NCBI GenBank assembly: GCA_021803465.1
Contig: JAJZLL010000011.1
Location: 913-64,912 of the forward strand
Direction: 5' to 3'
DNA: 64,000 nt
From: a bacterium
GTDB taxonomy: Bacteria > Chloroflexota > Dormibacteria > Aeolococcales > Aeolococcaceae
The notes under the pieces are model-generated. The model saw only the letters and a program-made list of their open reading frames with translations, was not told the DNA's origin and made no database searches. Of this stretch, positions 48,956 through 58,786 are shown piece by piece (position 1 is the stretch's first letter; the number at the start of each line of letters is the position of its first letter). Made by a program: the position numbers and the translations under genes.

Positions 48956-49588
48956 TTACCGGCTGTAGTATTCAACGATGAGCTGTTCGTTGACTTCCCG
49001 CTCCATCTCCGGACGTTCAGGAAGCCTGACCACTGTTCCCCGGTAGGACTTTGTATCCACACTCAGCCACTCTGGAACAGTGCGTCCCTGGTGGACCACC
49101 TGCGCACCTGTCTCCAGTGCAAGCAGATTGCGGCTCTTCTCACGGACTTCAACCACGTCTCCAGGCTTCACCTGTGCGGATGCGATGTTCACAACCCTGC
49201 CATTCACCGCAAAGTGGCGGTGGTTCACGAGCTGCCGTGCCTCATTTCTGGAGGAGGCGAATCCAAGTCGATACACGACATTGTCGAGACGACGCTCCAG
49301 TTCCTGGAGAAGCACTGTGCCAGTCACACCCTGGCTGCGCTCAGCCCTGTCAATGTAGATGCGGAACTGTCGCTCAAGAACACCGTACAGCCGCCTGGCA
49401 CGCTGCTTGGCGCGCAGCTGTATGCCGTAGTCGCTCACCTTTCGCCGTGAAGGCACGGTGTGCTGTCCAGGAGGAGTGCCGTTTCTCTTCTCAAGAACGC
49501 AGCTGCTGTAGCACTTTGTGCCCTTCAGAAATAGCTTCGTCCCTTCACGCCGACACAACCGACAAACGGGGCCTGTTTCTCTCGCCAT
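48956..49588 (-). CDS. rpsD: 30S ribosomal protein S4
   Basis: N-terminal Zn-finger CRLCRREG...; S4 domain. Confidence 0.95.
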   Translation of the reverse strand: MARETGPVCRLCRREGTKLFLKGTKCYSSCVLEKRNGTPPGQHTVPSRRKVSDYGIQLRAKQRARRLYGVLERQFRIYIDRAERSQGVTGTVLLQELERRLDNVVYRLGFASSRNEARQLVNHRHFAVNGRVVNIASAQVKPGDVVEVREKSRNLLALETGAQVVHQGRTVPEWLSVDTKSYRGTVVRLPERPEMEREVNEQLIVEYYSR

Positions 49589-49611
49589 TGTCCTTATCTA
49601 CTCCTCTTGTC

Positions 49612-50004
49612 CTACACACGACGCCGCTTTGGCGGCCTGCACCCATTGTGGGGAATGGGTGTCATATCAGTAATTGCTGTCACCTCAAGGCCTGAGGACT
49701 GCAGGCTGCGAATTGCTGCCTCCCGTCCTGCTCCTGGCCCCTTCACAAACACTTCGATACTCTTGAGACCATGCTCCATGGCCCGCTTGGCAGCATTCTC
49801 CGCTGCCACCTGGGCTGCGAACGGCGTTCCCTTCCTGGATCCCTTGAACCCCTGGGCTCCAGCAGAACTCCATGCAAGGGTTGCGCCCTGCGGGTCGGTA
49901 AGACTGACAATCGTATTGTTGAACGTTGCGAGGATATGTGCCTGTCCAATGACAATGTTCTTTCTCTCGCGACGACGAGTGCGCACGACCTTCTTTTTTG
50001 CCAT
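49612..50004 (-). CDS. rpsK: 30S ribosomal protein S11
   Basis: ...[11 protein letters not shown]...[28 protein letters not shown]. Confidence 0.95.
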   Translation of the reverse strand: MAKKKVVRTRRRERKNIVIGQAHILATFNNTIVSLTDPQGATLAWSSAGAQGFKGSRKGTPFAAQVAAENAAKRAMEHGLKSIEVFVKGPGAGREAAIRSLQSSGLEVTAITDMTPIPHNGCRPPKRRRV

Positions 50005-50018
50005 GACCTTCCCTTACC

Positions 50019-50396
50019 CTACTTCTTCTTCTTTGCACTGACTGTGCGACGAGGTCCCCGGCGCGTGCGTGCATTCGTTCTGGTGCGCTGGCCGCGCACT
50101 GGCAGTCCGCGACGATGGCGAATTCCCCGATACGAGCCGATGTCCATGAGCCGCTTGATGTTCATTGCGACCTGGCGACGAAGATCCCCTTCGACCCGTC
50201 CCTCAAGCTCCTTGGCAATGATATCCCGAAGCTGCGCAACCTGCTGATCCGTAAGATCTCCAGTGCGCGTGTCCTCATCGAGGCGAGCACGCTCAAGGAT
50301 GTGCTTGGCTGTTGTCGGTCCAATACCGTATATATAGGTCAACGACACGACAATGTGCTTGTCGCGCGGAATATCAACACCAGCGATACGTGCCAC
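50019..50396 (-). CDS. rpsM: 30S ribosomal protein S13
   Basis: [26 protein letters not shown]... Confidence 0.95.
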   Translation of the reverse strand: MARIAGVDIPRDKHIVVSLTYIYGIGPTTAKHILERARLDEDTRTGDLTDQQVAQLRDIIAKELEGRVEGDLRRQVAMNIKRLMDIGSYRGIRHRRGLPVRGQRTRTNARTRRGPRRTVSAKKKK

Positions 50397-50408
50397 TCGT
50401 CCTTCCTC

Positions 50409-50522
50409 TTAACCTTGCCGCTGCTTGTGCTTTGGATTCGTGCAGATGACACGGACTACTCCGTGGCGACGAATGACTTTGCATCGTTCACACATCTGCT
50501 TGACTGATGCTCGAACTTTCAT
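50409..50522 (-). CDS. rpmJ: 50S ribosomal protein L36 (zinc-binding form)
   Basis: Not in ORF track (too short): minus-strand translation [38 protein letters not shown]-x2-C-x12-C-x4-H; end coordinate +/-1. Confidence 0.85.
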   Translation of the reverse strand: MKVRASVKQMCERCKVIRRHGVVRVICTNPKHKQRQG

Positions 50523-50868
50523 GATTGTGCCTTCCTCAAGGTGTTCACGATTCACAATACCAAATTCACACATGGCCACGGCTTGCATGGGACCGCAGCA
50601 TCACATCCCCCCTTCGGATGCAGTGCATCCAATTATATGGAATCACGCAGTCAAAGAGCAAATTCGCTGTGTCCCCATTCCTGCTGGAAGAGCGAAGCAG
50701 CAACTCACGCCCCAGAAGAGCCAGCGGTTGTGCTCATTCGCGCTTGGGAGGCTTGCCTGCTGGACGTTAAGGAAGACATCCCGGACAGTGCATGGGCACT
50801 GTGGAATGAATCCTGCGGAACAGTTGTGAGTCCTCCATGCGGAAAACCCCACTGTCATCGTGAACCAC

Positions 50869-51672
50869 TCAGCCTACTGCGCACTTCCGTGAAGCAAGGA
50901 GACTTCTCTCAGCAGGTCGAACAGTAAGCACGTGAGGACCATCCTCAGTTATCGCGACTGTGTGCTCCGCATAGGCTGACCAGCTGCCATCCTGTGTGAC
51001 AACAGTCCAGTTGTCATCAAGAGTGCGAACGCCATCACGACCCATGTTCACCATTGGCTCGATTGCGATGACATAGCCAGGCTTGAGCTCATTTCCCGTC
51101 CCGGGCTTCCCGTAGTTTGGCACCTGCGGTGGTTCATGCATATCACGTCCGATTCCATGGCCCACATAGTGCTTCACAACAGAATACCCATGGGACTCGA
51201 CATACGTCTGGACCGTGTGCCCAATATCGCCAATGTGCGCGCCCGGACGAGCGACCTCAATTGCCCTGTACAGCGCTTCCTGGGTCACTGTAATGAGATC
51301 CTGCATCTCCTGTGCAACAGTGCCACAGGGCACTGTCAGACCACTGTCCGCCCACCAGCCATCAAGGATGAGGCCACAGTCAAGCGACACGATGTCACCC
51401 TCCTGCACTGCCCGTTCCGAGGGTATTCCATGAACGACCTCATTGTTCACCGAGATGCAGATGGACTTCGGAAAGCCATCATATCCGATGAACCCCGGAA
51501 TGCATCCATGATCCCTGATGAACGTATCCGCCTCCCGGTCAAGGGCGTTGAGCGTGACTCCGGGCGCGACATGGTTTGCCACATGCTCAAGGCATGCGCC
51601 GAGAATCTCGCCAGAATGGGACATTTTCGCAATCTCGTCAGGCTTCTTCAGTCGAAAGCTCTCGCCCCGCAC
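50869..51672 (-). CDS. map: Type I methionine aminopeptidase
   Basis: Conserved metal ligands of pita-bread fold; 267 aa. Confidence 0.9.
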   Translation of the reverse strand: MRGESFRLKKPDEIAKMSHSGEILGACLEHVANHVAPGVTLNALDREADTFIRDHGCIPGFIGYDGFPKSICISVNNEVVHGIPSERAVQEGDIVSLDCGLILDGWWADSGLTVPCGTVAQEMQDLITVTQEALYRAIEVARPGAHIGDIGHTVQTYVESHGYSVVKHYVGHGIGRDMHEPPQVPNYGKPGTGNELKPGYVIAIEPMVNMGRDGVRTLDDNWTVVTQDGSWSAYAEHTVAITEDGPHVLTVRPAERSLLASRKCAVG

Positions 51673-52261
51673 GATGACCCTCCTCTAGACTTCCCTTCTC
51701 AATCGCATGGATGAGCCGCTTGGTCACAGTGTCCACATCAGGTGTGCCATCGACATCAACCATTGGCGCTCCCTGCGCACGGTAATACTCGATCGTGGGA
51801 ACAGTCTTCTCCTCATACTCCTTGAGACGCTGCTTCAGCACCTCTACCGAGTCGTCAGAACGTCCCTCGACAGTGGCTCGGTGCTGGATGCGCTGCAGGA
51901 TCACATCGGGAGGAACACTGAGCTGCACGATGAGATCTATCGTCATCCCGAGTTCCCTGAGTAGTTCTGCGAGTCCCTCCGCCTGTGGTTTCGTTCGCGG
52001 ATACCCATCAAGGAGCACACCCTCGACTCCTGTCGTTTCGAGCAGGACACGGCGGATCATGGCGAGCATGAACGAGTCGGGTACAAGTTCACCCCGGTTC
52101 ATGAGGTCCTCGACAGCTTTGCCGAGATCCGTCTGCTCTGAAATTTCCTTCCTGAGCAGTTCTCCCGTGCTCACATGCCGGAGATGGAAATGCTCTGCAA
52201 GCAGTGCTGACTGCGTCCCCTTGCCACTTCCTGGAGGACCACAGATGATGTAGTGCTTCAT
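51638..52261 (-). CDS. adk: Adenylate kinase
   Basis: P-loop IICGPPGSGKGTQ; zinc-less short lid. Confidence 0.95.
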   Translation of the reverse strand: MKHYIICGPPGSGKGTQSALLAEHFHLRHVSTGELLRKEISEQTDLGKAVEDLMNRGELVPDSFMLAMIRRVLLETTGVEGVLLDGYPRTKPQAEGLAELLRELGMTIDLIVQLSVPPDVILQRIQHRATVEGRSDDSVEVLKQRLKEYEEKTVPTIEYYRAQGAPMVDVDGTPDVDTVTKRLIHAIEKGSLEEGHRAGRELSTEEA

Positions 52262-52276
52262 GGTGGAAGCGGCTCC

Positions 52277-53596
52277 CTACCGTATGAATCCTTGATAATC
52301 GCGCATCTGTAACTGTGCTTCAATCTGCCGCATTGTGTCAAGGGCGACCCAGACAACAATGAGGATTGACGTTCCCCCAAGGTACAGGGAGGTTGTCGAC
52401 ACTCCGGTCATGACGCTCGTGAGCAGCGGGAGCACGACAGTGATTGCTGCAAGGAACAGGCCCCCGACAAAGACAACACGGTTGCGCACCTGCGCAAGGT
52501 ACCGCGAAGTCGGTGGTCCGGGCCGGATGCCAGGAACATACATGGCGCTTCTCTTAAGCTGGTCCGACATGTCATCCGCATTGAAGATGACTGTTGCTGC
52601 ATAGAAGTACGTGAAGGCGATGACGAGCACGAAATAGAAGACGTTGTAGATGACCTGGGTCACTATCGGTCCACCGTTCGGGCTCCAGTTCGCGACGAAC
52701 CACTTGCCCAGTTCTCCAATCCATCCGGGAGCATTCTGCACAAAGGATCCAAGCGTTGCAGGAAACAGCATGAACGAGATGGCGAAGATGATGGGAATGA
52801 CTCCGCCTGCTGTCACGGGAATGGGAAGATTCGTCCGGTTTGCCCGCTGCGCTGTGCCTGAGCGTGGATTGGTCACACGTGTCATTGACTGGACAGGAAT
52901 GCGGCGCTGGCCCTGCTGCATGAGGATGCTCAGTGCAATGACGACAAGTGCAATGACACCCATGCCGAAGATCTGGATGATGTGTCCCCCTCCAAGAGAA
53001 CCATAGCTGGTGACAGCAAAGGGGACTCGACTGATGATGCCTGCAAAGATGATGAGCGAGATGCCCTGGCCAATGCCGTACTCGGTGATGAGCTCGCCAA
53101 GCCACATCGTGATGAGGGTTCCCGCAAGAAGGATGAGCATGATGGTGAGCACTGTCGTTGCTGACGTTGTCGACGACAGGACCTGGCTGTTCTCGAACAG
53201 CACAATGACACCATATGACTGGAGAAGAGCGAGTGGCACAGTGAGCCATCTCGCATACCGGTTGATCTTCCTTGATCCCTGCTCCCCTTCAAGCGCAAGT
53301 TCCCGCAGACGGGGTATGGACTGCTGCATGAGCTGGAGCATGATGGTCGCGTTGATGTACGGATTCAGGCCAAGCGACACGATGGAGAACTGGCTCAGGC
53401 CTCCACCACTGAAGATGTTGAGGAGACCAAGAAACGTGTTGCCAGAAAATAGCGACTGCAGCGCAGTTGGATTCGCTCCAGGAATGGTGATGGCAGCGAG
53501 TGCACGGAATGCGAGAAGCATTCCCACCATGAACAGCAGTTTCTTCCGGAGTTCAGGGAGTGCGAACGCACGCTTGAGCGCCTCGAGCATGCTCAC
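52277..53596 (-). CDS. secY: Preprotein translocase subunit SecY
   Basis: 439 aa, 10 TM helices, conserved SecY sequence. Confidence 0.95.
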   Translation of the reverse strand: MSMLEALKRAFALPELRKKLLFMVGMLLAFRALAAITIPGANPTALQSLFSGNTFLGLLNIFSGGGLSQFSIVSLGLNPYINATIMLQLMQQSIPRLRELALEGEQGSRKINRYARWLTVPLALLQSYGVIVLFENSQVLSSTTSATTVLTIMLILLAGTLITMWLGELITEYGIGQGISLIIFAGIISRVPFAVTSYGSLGGGHIIQIFGMGVIALVVIALSILMQQGQRRIPVQSMTRVTNPRSGTAQRANRTNLPIPVTAGGVIPIIFAISFMLFPATLGSFVQNAPGWIGELGKWFVANWSPNGGPIVTQVIYNVFYFVLVIAFTYFYAATVIFNADDMSDQLKRSAMYVPGIRPGPPTSRYLAQVRNRVVFVGGLFLAAITVVLPLLTSVMTGVSTTSLYLGGTSILIVVWVALDTMRQIEAQLQMRDYQGFIR

Positions 53597-54081
53597 TCAG
53601 CAGTCTCCACTCCTTCGGCTTCACTGCTTCCCGGCATGGGAAGGATGTCCACAGTGCCACCAAGCTCCTCAATCTGCTTTCTGGCAGCTCCTGTGACATA
53701 TGTTGCCTTGACATCAAGCTTTACCCGAAGGACACCCGCACCAAGGATGCGGAGTGGCCACTCAGGATGCTTGATGACACCCGCTTCAGCAAGCGCGAGA
53801 CTGTCAACTGTAGCTCCCGCCTCGAACCGGTTGAGCTTCGAGACATTCACGATCTCAAACCGGGTTCTCCAGTGATTGACAAATCCGCGGCGCTTCGGAA
53901 GCCTCTGAATAAGGGGCATCTGGCCACCTTCAAAGCCGGCCGGCAATGATGCGCCTGATCGTGAGAACTGCCCCTTCTGGCCGCGGCCAGCTGTCTTTCC
54001 CTGACCAGCTGCAATGCCCCGACCAACCCGCTTGCGCTTCTTCGTGCTTCCCGGAACGGGATGCAGTTCATGCACGTTCAT
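53593..54081 (-). CDS. rplO: 50S ribosomal protein L15
   Basis: Start trimmed to MNVHELHPVPGSTKKRKRVGRG... Confidence 0.9.
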   Translation of the reverse strand: MNVHELHPVPGSTKKRKRVGRGIAAGQGKTAGRGQKGQFSRSGASLPAGFEGGQMPLIQRLPKRRGFVNHWRTRFEIVNVSKLNRFEAGATVDSLALAEAGVIKHPEWPLRILGAGVLRVKLDVKATYVTGAARKQIEELGGTVDILPMPGSSEAEGVETAE

Positions 54082-54115
54082 GTGATCTTCCTGCCTTTCC
54101 TGTAGTGCTGTTAAC

Positions 54116-54325
54116 TTACTTACCTGAGCCAGCTGGAGCGTCTGCAGGGACACCATCGACAGACACAAGGTGCCTTACCTTGTCCACCATGCCCCGAACG
54201 CTTGGCGAGTCATCATGCTCCACAGTCTGGTGAAGCTTCTTCAGTCCAAGCGCTGCAATTGTCGCCTTCTGGTCAGAAGGGTAGCCAATTGCGCTTTTGC
54301 GGTAGGTTACGTGAATTGTTGCCAT
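54116..54325 (-). CDS. rpmD: 50S ribosomal protein L30
   Basis: 69-aa sub-[31 protein letters not shown]... of the 173-aa track ORF. Confidence 0.85.
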   Translation of the reverse strand: MATIHVTYRKSAIGYPSDQKATIAALGLKKLHQTVEHDDSPSVRGMVDKVRHLVSVDGVPADAPAGSGK

Positions 54326-54335
54326 GGTGTTCCCC

Positions 54336-54899
54336 CTACGCGTGCTGCTCCTCTTCCTTGCCCTGGAGCCGTGCTGCGAGCTTCGGCCCAGCAATGCGTT
54401 CCGGCGACTTGCCCCTCGCTGCTGCAACCCGATGAATTGTGCGCAGCTCTGACAGAGCCTTGACAGTCGCGTGCGCGACATTGATCTGGTTGCTGCTACC
54501 GAGAGACTTCGTGAGAATGTCGTGCACGCCTGCTGCCTCGACGACAGCGCGGACTGCACCACCACTGATAACTCCAGTACCTGGAGCTGCAGGCTTGAGA
54601 AGCACCTGGGCAGCACCGAATTTCGAGATGATCTCATGGGGAATGGTGCGTCCCATGAGGGGAACTGTCACAAGCGACTTCTTTGCCCGCTCAATTCCCT
54701 TGCGGATCGCATCCGGAGTCTCTCCAGCACGGCCAACACCGACACCCACATGCCCATTGCGGTCACCAACAACGACAAGTGCACGGAACGAAAACCGGCG
54801 TCCACCTTTGACGACCTTTGCAACCCTGCTCAGTGAGACAATGCGCTCATCCCACTCCACAACAGGAGTTTCCACTGCCATCTCTGCTGCTTCTGCCAT
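54336..54899 (-). CDS. rpsE: 30S ribosomal protein S5
   Basis: Conserved S5 dsRBD and C-terminal domain. Confidence 0.95.
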   Translation of the reverse strand: MAEAAEMAVETPVVEWDERIVSLSRVAKVVKGGRRFSFRALVVVGDRNGHVGVGVGRAGETPDAIRKGIERAKKSLVTVPLMGRTIPHEIISKFGAAQVLLKPAAPGTGVISGGAVRAVVEAAGVHDILTKSLGSSNQINVAHATVKALSELRTIHRVAAARGKSPERIAGPKLAARLQGKEEEQHA

Positions 54900-54902
54900 G
54901 TC

Positions 54903-55283
54903 CTAGAACTCCAGTCCCGCTGCCCTGGCAGCGTCAGCTAGTGCCTGAATGTATCCGTGATATCGGTATCCGCCACGGTCGAAGACGACAGCCGTGATAC
55001 CTTCCTTTTTTGCCCGTTCCGCAATGAGCTTGCCAATCTCGGCTGCGACATCCATACTGCGCACAGTCGTGCCAGCCGCCTCCTTGGTCCGGAATGTGGG
55101 CTCATACGTGGAGGCTGCTGCAATGGTGTGTCCACGCTCATCATCGATGATCTGGACAGCAAGATGGCGCAGACTGCGGTATATGCTCAGGCGTGGACGC
55201 TCTGCAGTACCATAGACTGCCTTGCGGATGCGGTAGTGCCGACGCTGACGGGCAGCGGAGCGCGTACTCAGACGGACTCTCAT
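54903..55283 (-). CDS. rplR: 50S ribosomal protein L18
   Basis: 126 aa L18 family. Confidence 0.95.
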   Translation of the reverse strand: MRVRLSTRSAARQRRHYRIRKAVYGTAERPRLSIYRSLRHLAVQIIDDERGHTIAAASTYEPTFRTKEAAGTTVRSMDVAAEIGKLIAERAKKEGITAVVFDRGGYRYHGYIQALADAARAAGLEF

Positions 55284-55286
55284 TCC

Positions 55287-55830
55287 TTACTTCCCTTTCC
55301 CTGCTTTTCCAGACTTGCCTGCCTTGCGCCGGATCTTCTCTCCAACGTACATCACACCTTTTCCCTTGTAGGGTTCCGGCTTGCGGAATGCCCTGAGCCG
55401 TGCAGCAACGAGACCGACAACCTCCTTGTCGGGACCAGTCACAACAATGCGCGTCGCTGTCGGAGTTGCGAGAGTGATGTGCTCTGGCGGAGTGTACCGG
55501 ATCGGATGCGAGCGTGAGGACAAGATCCCGTCCTGCCATGCTTGCACGATATCCAACGCCGACAAGATCGAGCTCCTTGGTGAATCCTGCATGGACACCA
55601 GTCACCATGTTTGCAATGAGGGTTCTTGTGAGCCCATGGAGGGAACGTGACTCATGGGAGTCGTCCTTCCTTTTCACTGTGACAGTTCCGCCATCGACAT
55701 CGACTGTGACGCGGTCTGTAAGCTCACGCCTGAGCGTGCCCTTGCTTCCAGTTACGACAACAGCATGTCCATCTTTTGTCGCCTCGACACCCTCAGGAAG
55801 GAGGATCGGCTGCTTGCCAATGCGTGACAT
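55287..55830 (-). CDS. rplF: 50S ribosomal protein L6, reading frame interrupted by an apparent frameshift near 55505-55512
   Basis: N-terminal ~108 aa in frame of ORF 55141..55830 (…[18 protein letters not shown]); C-terminal ~95 aa in ORF 55287..55598 (…[17 protein letters not shown]…[15 protein letters not shown]…). Confidence 0.85.
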
Positions 55831-55843
55831 TCTTCAGTCCCCC

Positions 55844-56242
55844 CTACCACACGTACGCGACGACTTCGCCGCCTATGCCAAGATGATGCGCCTCGCGTCC
55901 TGTCATGATGCCGCGGGATGTCGAGATGATTGCCACACCGAGTCCATTGAGAACCCTGGGAATCTCCTGCTTTCCCGCATAGACGCGCCGTCCAGGAGAG
56001 CTCACCCGCTTCAGGCCATTGAGTGCCTTGCCCTGATGGCGCGTTGCACGCTTCAGTGTCACGACGATGTTCTTTTCGGGAATGTCGCCAGTCACTTCAA
56101 ACGAGTCGATGAATCCTTCATCAACGAGGACTTTCACAATGTGTTCCTTCATGCCGGAATGAGGAATGGCAACAGTCGCATGATGCGCCAGCGCGCCATT
56201 CCGGATGCGGGTCAAAAGGTCTGCAATAGGATCACTTACCAT
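55844..56242 (-). CDS. rpsH: 30S ribosomal protein S8
   Basis: MVSDPIADLLTRIRNG... Confidence 0.95.
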   Translation of the reverse strand: MVSDPIADLLTRIRNGALAHHATVAIPHSGMKEHIVKVLVDEGFIDSFEVTGDIPEKNIVVTLKRATRHQGKALNGLKRVSSPGRRVYAGKQEIPRVLNGLGVAIISTSRGIMTGREAHHLGIGGEVVAYVW

Positions 56243-56248
56243 CAGTTG

Positions 56249-56434
56249 TCACCATGAACTCTTGCGGACGCCAGGGATCTGCCCACGTCCTGCCAATTCC
56301 CGAAAACAGATACGGCACATACCAAACTTCCGCATGTATCCACGCGGACGTCCGCACAGTGCGCACCGGTGGTAATCCTGCGTGGAAAACCGTGCCGGGC
56401 GGAGTGCCTTTGCGATAAGCGACTTTTTTGCCAT
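56249..56434 (-). CDS. rpsZ: 30S ribosomal protein S14 type Z (zinc-binding, 61 aa)
   Basis: C-x2-C-x12-C-x2-C ([20 protein letters not shown]). Confidence 0.95.
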   Translation of the reverse strand: MAKKSLIAKALRPARFSTQDYHRCALCGRPRGYMRKFGMCRICFRELAGRGQIPGVRKSSW

Positions 56435-56457
56435 GTGCCTTTTTCCTACTTTCTGTC

Positions 56458-57048
56458 CTATTGTGTCTGGTGACTGCTGTCGCGGAAAGGCATGCCAAGC
56501 TGCTTCAGCAGCATCCTTCCCTCATGATCATTCGAGGCAGTTGTGACCATGCACACCTCTAGACCTCGTAGTTTATCAGTTTTCTCATAGTCGACTTCAG
56601 GGAAGATGATCTGCTCCTTGAGTCCCAGGGTGTAGTTCCCTCTTCCATCGAACGCCTTCGGGCTTATGCCACGAAAGTCCCGGATGCGAGGGAGTGCCAC
56701 GGAAACGAGACGGTCGAGAAACTCGTACATCCTGTCGCCCCGGAGCGTGACTGTCACACCAATGGGCATGCCTTCCCTGAGCTTGAACGATGACACCGAA
56801 ACGCGCGCGCGCCGGATGGACGGCTTCTGTCCTGTGATGAGTGTGACATCCTCAAGCGCATGATCCAGCGCCTTCGCATTCTGTGTTGCCTCACCTACGC
56901 CAACATTCACGACAATCTTGTCAAGCTTTGGAACCTGCATGGTATTCGAATAATGGAACTCCTGGGCGAGTTTCGGCACCACCTCGGTGAGATATTTCGC
57001 CTTGAGTCTCGGCTGCTTCCGGACTGCTACCTGCTTCTTTGCGCTCAT
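56458..57048 (-). CDS. rplE: 50S ribosomal protein L5
   Basis: Start trimmed to [19 protein letters not shown]...; ATGA overlap with rplX stop. Confidence 0.9.
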   Translation of the reverse strand: MSAKKQVAVRKQPRLKAKYLTEVVPKLAQEFHYSNTMQVPKLDKIVVNVGVGEATQNAKALDHALEDVTLITGQKPSIRRARVSVSSFKLREGMPIGVTVTLRGDRMYEFLDRLVSVALPRIRDFRGISPKAFDGRGNYTLGLKEQIIFPEVDYEKTDKLRGLEVCMVTTASNDHEGRMLLKQLGMPFRDSSHQTQ

Positions 57049-57467
57049 GCCATTCCCGTCCTCTCGTATGGCTGGCCACACCGCTTGCAGACAATGGCAC
57101 GGACGCCATTCTCGAGGAGCGCATGACCTATGCGTGTGGGCTTGTCGCAGTGCTTGCACACAAGCTGAACATTGCTGTACGCAATGGGAGCAGTGAAGTC
57201 GATGATGCCACCCTGGAGATTTCCCTGGGTCTGTGCCTTCACATGGCGCTTCTGGATGTTGACACCCTGGACAACAATCCTCTGCTCATCGACAAGCACA
57301 CGGTCAACGACACCGCGCTTGCCCTTGTCCTTGCCACCAATGACTTCCACAGTATCTCCCGAACGGATGTCGAGCATCCGTGCATGACCGTGCGCCCATC
57401 CATCATGCTGCCGCTTCATTTTCGCCTGGCGGAGATGACGGAGAGCTGTGTTTGCGTAACTCATCAC
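57045..57467 (-). CDS. rplX: 50S ribosomal protein L24 with C-terminal zinc-ribbon (Thermus-like CxxC...CxxC)
   Basis: KOW motif [16 protein letters not shown] and C-terminal CKHCDK...CKRCGQ; N-terminal extent uncertain. Confidence 0.85.
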   Translation of the reverse strand: MMSYANTALRHLRQAKMKRQHDGWAHGHARMLDIRSGDTVEVIGGKDKGKRGVVDRVLVDEQRIVVQGVNIQKRHVKAQTQGNLQGGIIDFTAPIAYSNVQLVCKHCDKPTRIGHALLENGVRAIVCKRCGQPYERTGMA

Positions 57468-57832
57468 AGTACCTCCGGTGCGAGCGAAATGATTCTCATG
57501 AAGTTCTTCTCGCGAAGTTCCCTGGCAACTGGCCCGAAGATGCGCGTGCCACGTGGTGCATTCTGCGCATTGATGAGGACTGCCGCATTCTCATCGAAGC
57601 GGATGTTGCTTCCATCTGGACGACGGAACTCCTTGCTTGTCCGCACCACCACAGCGCGCACAACCTCCCCCTTCTTCACAGGAGCGTTTGGCTGTGCCAC
57701 CTTGACGGTTCCGATGATGATGTCCCCGACAGAGGCATACCGCCGTGAGCTGCCACCGAGGACTCGTATGCACAGCAGTTCACGTGCGCCGGAGTTGTCC
57801 GCCACTTTCAGTACTGTCTCTTGCTGAATCAC
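57464..57832 (-). CDS. rplN: 50S ribosomal protein L14 (GTG start)
   Basis: [17 protein letters not shown]... begins at GTG (complement of 57830-57832) preceded by AGGGGAA; the ATG-initiated track ORF is an upstream artefact. Confidence 0.85.
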   Translation of the reverse strand: MIQQETVLKVADNSGARELLCIRVLGGSSRRYASVGDIIIGTVKVAQPNAPVKKGEVVRAVVVRTSKEFRRPDGSNIRFDENAAVLINAQNAPRGTRIFGPVARELREKNFMRIISLAPEVL

Positions 57833-57842
57833 TGTCGTTCCC

Positions 57843-58124
57843 CTACTCTGCCCGATGCACGATTTCGACGACCCGCCACCGCTTCTCTTTTGAAAGCGGT
57901 CTCGTCTCCATGAGCCGAACGCGGTCACCCACGTGGCATTCGTTGTTCTCATCATGGGCCTTGAGACGCTGGCGACTCCGAACCACCTTGCGGTACAACG
58001 GATGTGCCTTCAGGTCCTGGACGAGCACAACAACGGTCTTTTCCATCTTGTCACTGACAACCACTCCTTCGCGGACCTTGCGGTATCCGCGTGGCGCTGT
58101 CTCCTGCGGTGTGTCGGCACTCAT
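57843..58124 (-). CDS. rpsQ: 30S ribosomal protein S17
   Basis: 93 aa S17 family. Confidence 0.95.
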   Translation of the reverse strand: MSADTPQETAPRGYRKVREGVVVSDKMEKTVVVLVQDLKAHPLYRKVVRSRQRLKAHDENNECHVGDRVRLMETRPLSKEKRWRVVEIVHRAE

Positions 58125-58351
58125 GCCTTCTCCTCCTCAGCAGTTTCTTCTGCATGTGCCTCATTCCGCACTGTCATCAGCTGCGCAATCTCCCGCTTCA
58201 GCGTGCGCAGCTGCCGATGGTTGTCCACCTGGCCAGTCATCTGCTGGACCCGGAGCATGAAAAGCTTCTTCCTGCGTGACTCGAGCTCTGTCTCCGTCAC
58301 TGACGGATCCATTGCCCTCGCTTCGTCGAGCCAATGTGTGCGCTTACTCAT
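58121..58351 (-). CDS. rpmC: 50S ribosomal protein L29
   Basis: 76-aa sub-[44 protein letters not shown]... Confidence 0.8.
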   Translation of the reverse strand: MSKRTHWLDEARAMDPSVTETELESRRKKLFMLRVQQMTGQVDNHRQLRTLKREIAQLMTVRNEAHAEETAEEEKA

Positions 58352-58784
58352 TCCCCGCATCCTCCTCAACTCCCGGCTCCTCACGGACGACAAACCGTGT
58401 ATCGATGGGGAGCTTGTGGGAAGCAAGCCGCATGGCCTCCTTCGCGACATCCTCAGATACGCCAGACATCTCGAAAAGCACCTTTCCAGGCTTGACGACT
58501 GCAACCCATCCCTCAGGCTGGCCCTTGCCACTCCCCATGCGGGTTTCCGCTGGCTTTTTCGTGTATGCCTTGTCCGGGAAGACACGGATCCAGATCTTTC
58601 CGCCACGACGGACGTGGCGTGTCATTGCACGCCGTGCTGACTCAATCTGGCGGCTGGTCATCCAGCACGACTCCAGAGCCAGGAGACCAAAGGTCCCGAA
58701 ACTGATCGTGTTGCCCTGTGTGGCGACACCACGTCGCTTCCCGCGATGCGTCTTCCGGAACTTCGTGCGCTTTGGCATCAACAT
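58344..58784 (-). CDS. rplP: 50S ribosomal protein L16
   Basis: [19 protein letters not shown]... Confidence 0.95.
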   Translation of the reverse strand: MLMPKRTKFRKTHRGKRRGVATQGNTISFGTFGLLALESCWMTSRQIESARRAMTRHVRRGGKIWIRVFPDKAYTKKPAETRMGSGKGQPEGWVAVVKPGKVLFEMSGVSEDVAKEAMRLASHKLPIDTRFVVREEPGVEEDAGNE

Positions 58785-58786
58785 GA

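Noticed and set aside
50643-50858. 71-aa Cys-rich ORF in the map-rpmJ spacer, considered as a possible infA or small zinc protein
   Set aside because: No similarity to IF-1 (no S1-like OB motifs); no RBS; likely non-coding spacer
52572-53249. 225-aa His/Cys-rich minus-strand ORF inside secY and 228-aa plus-strand ORF 53010..53696
   Set aside because: Out-of-frame or antisense overlaps of the conserved secY gene
58121-58606. 161-aa ORF annotated by the track for the L29 region
   Set aside because: Only the last 76 aa match L29; the N-terminal 85 aa are an upstream extension overlapping rplP in another frame
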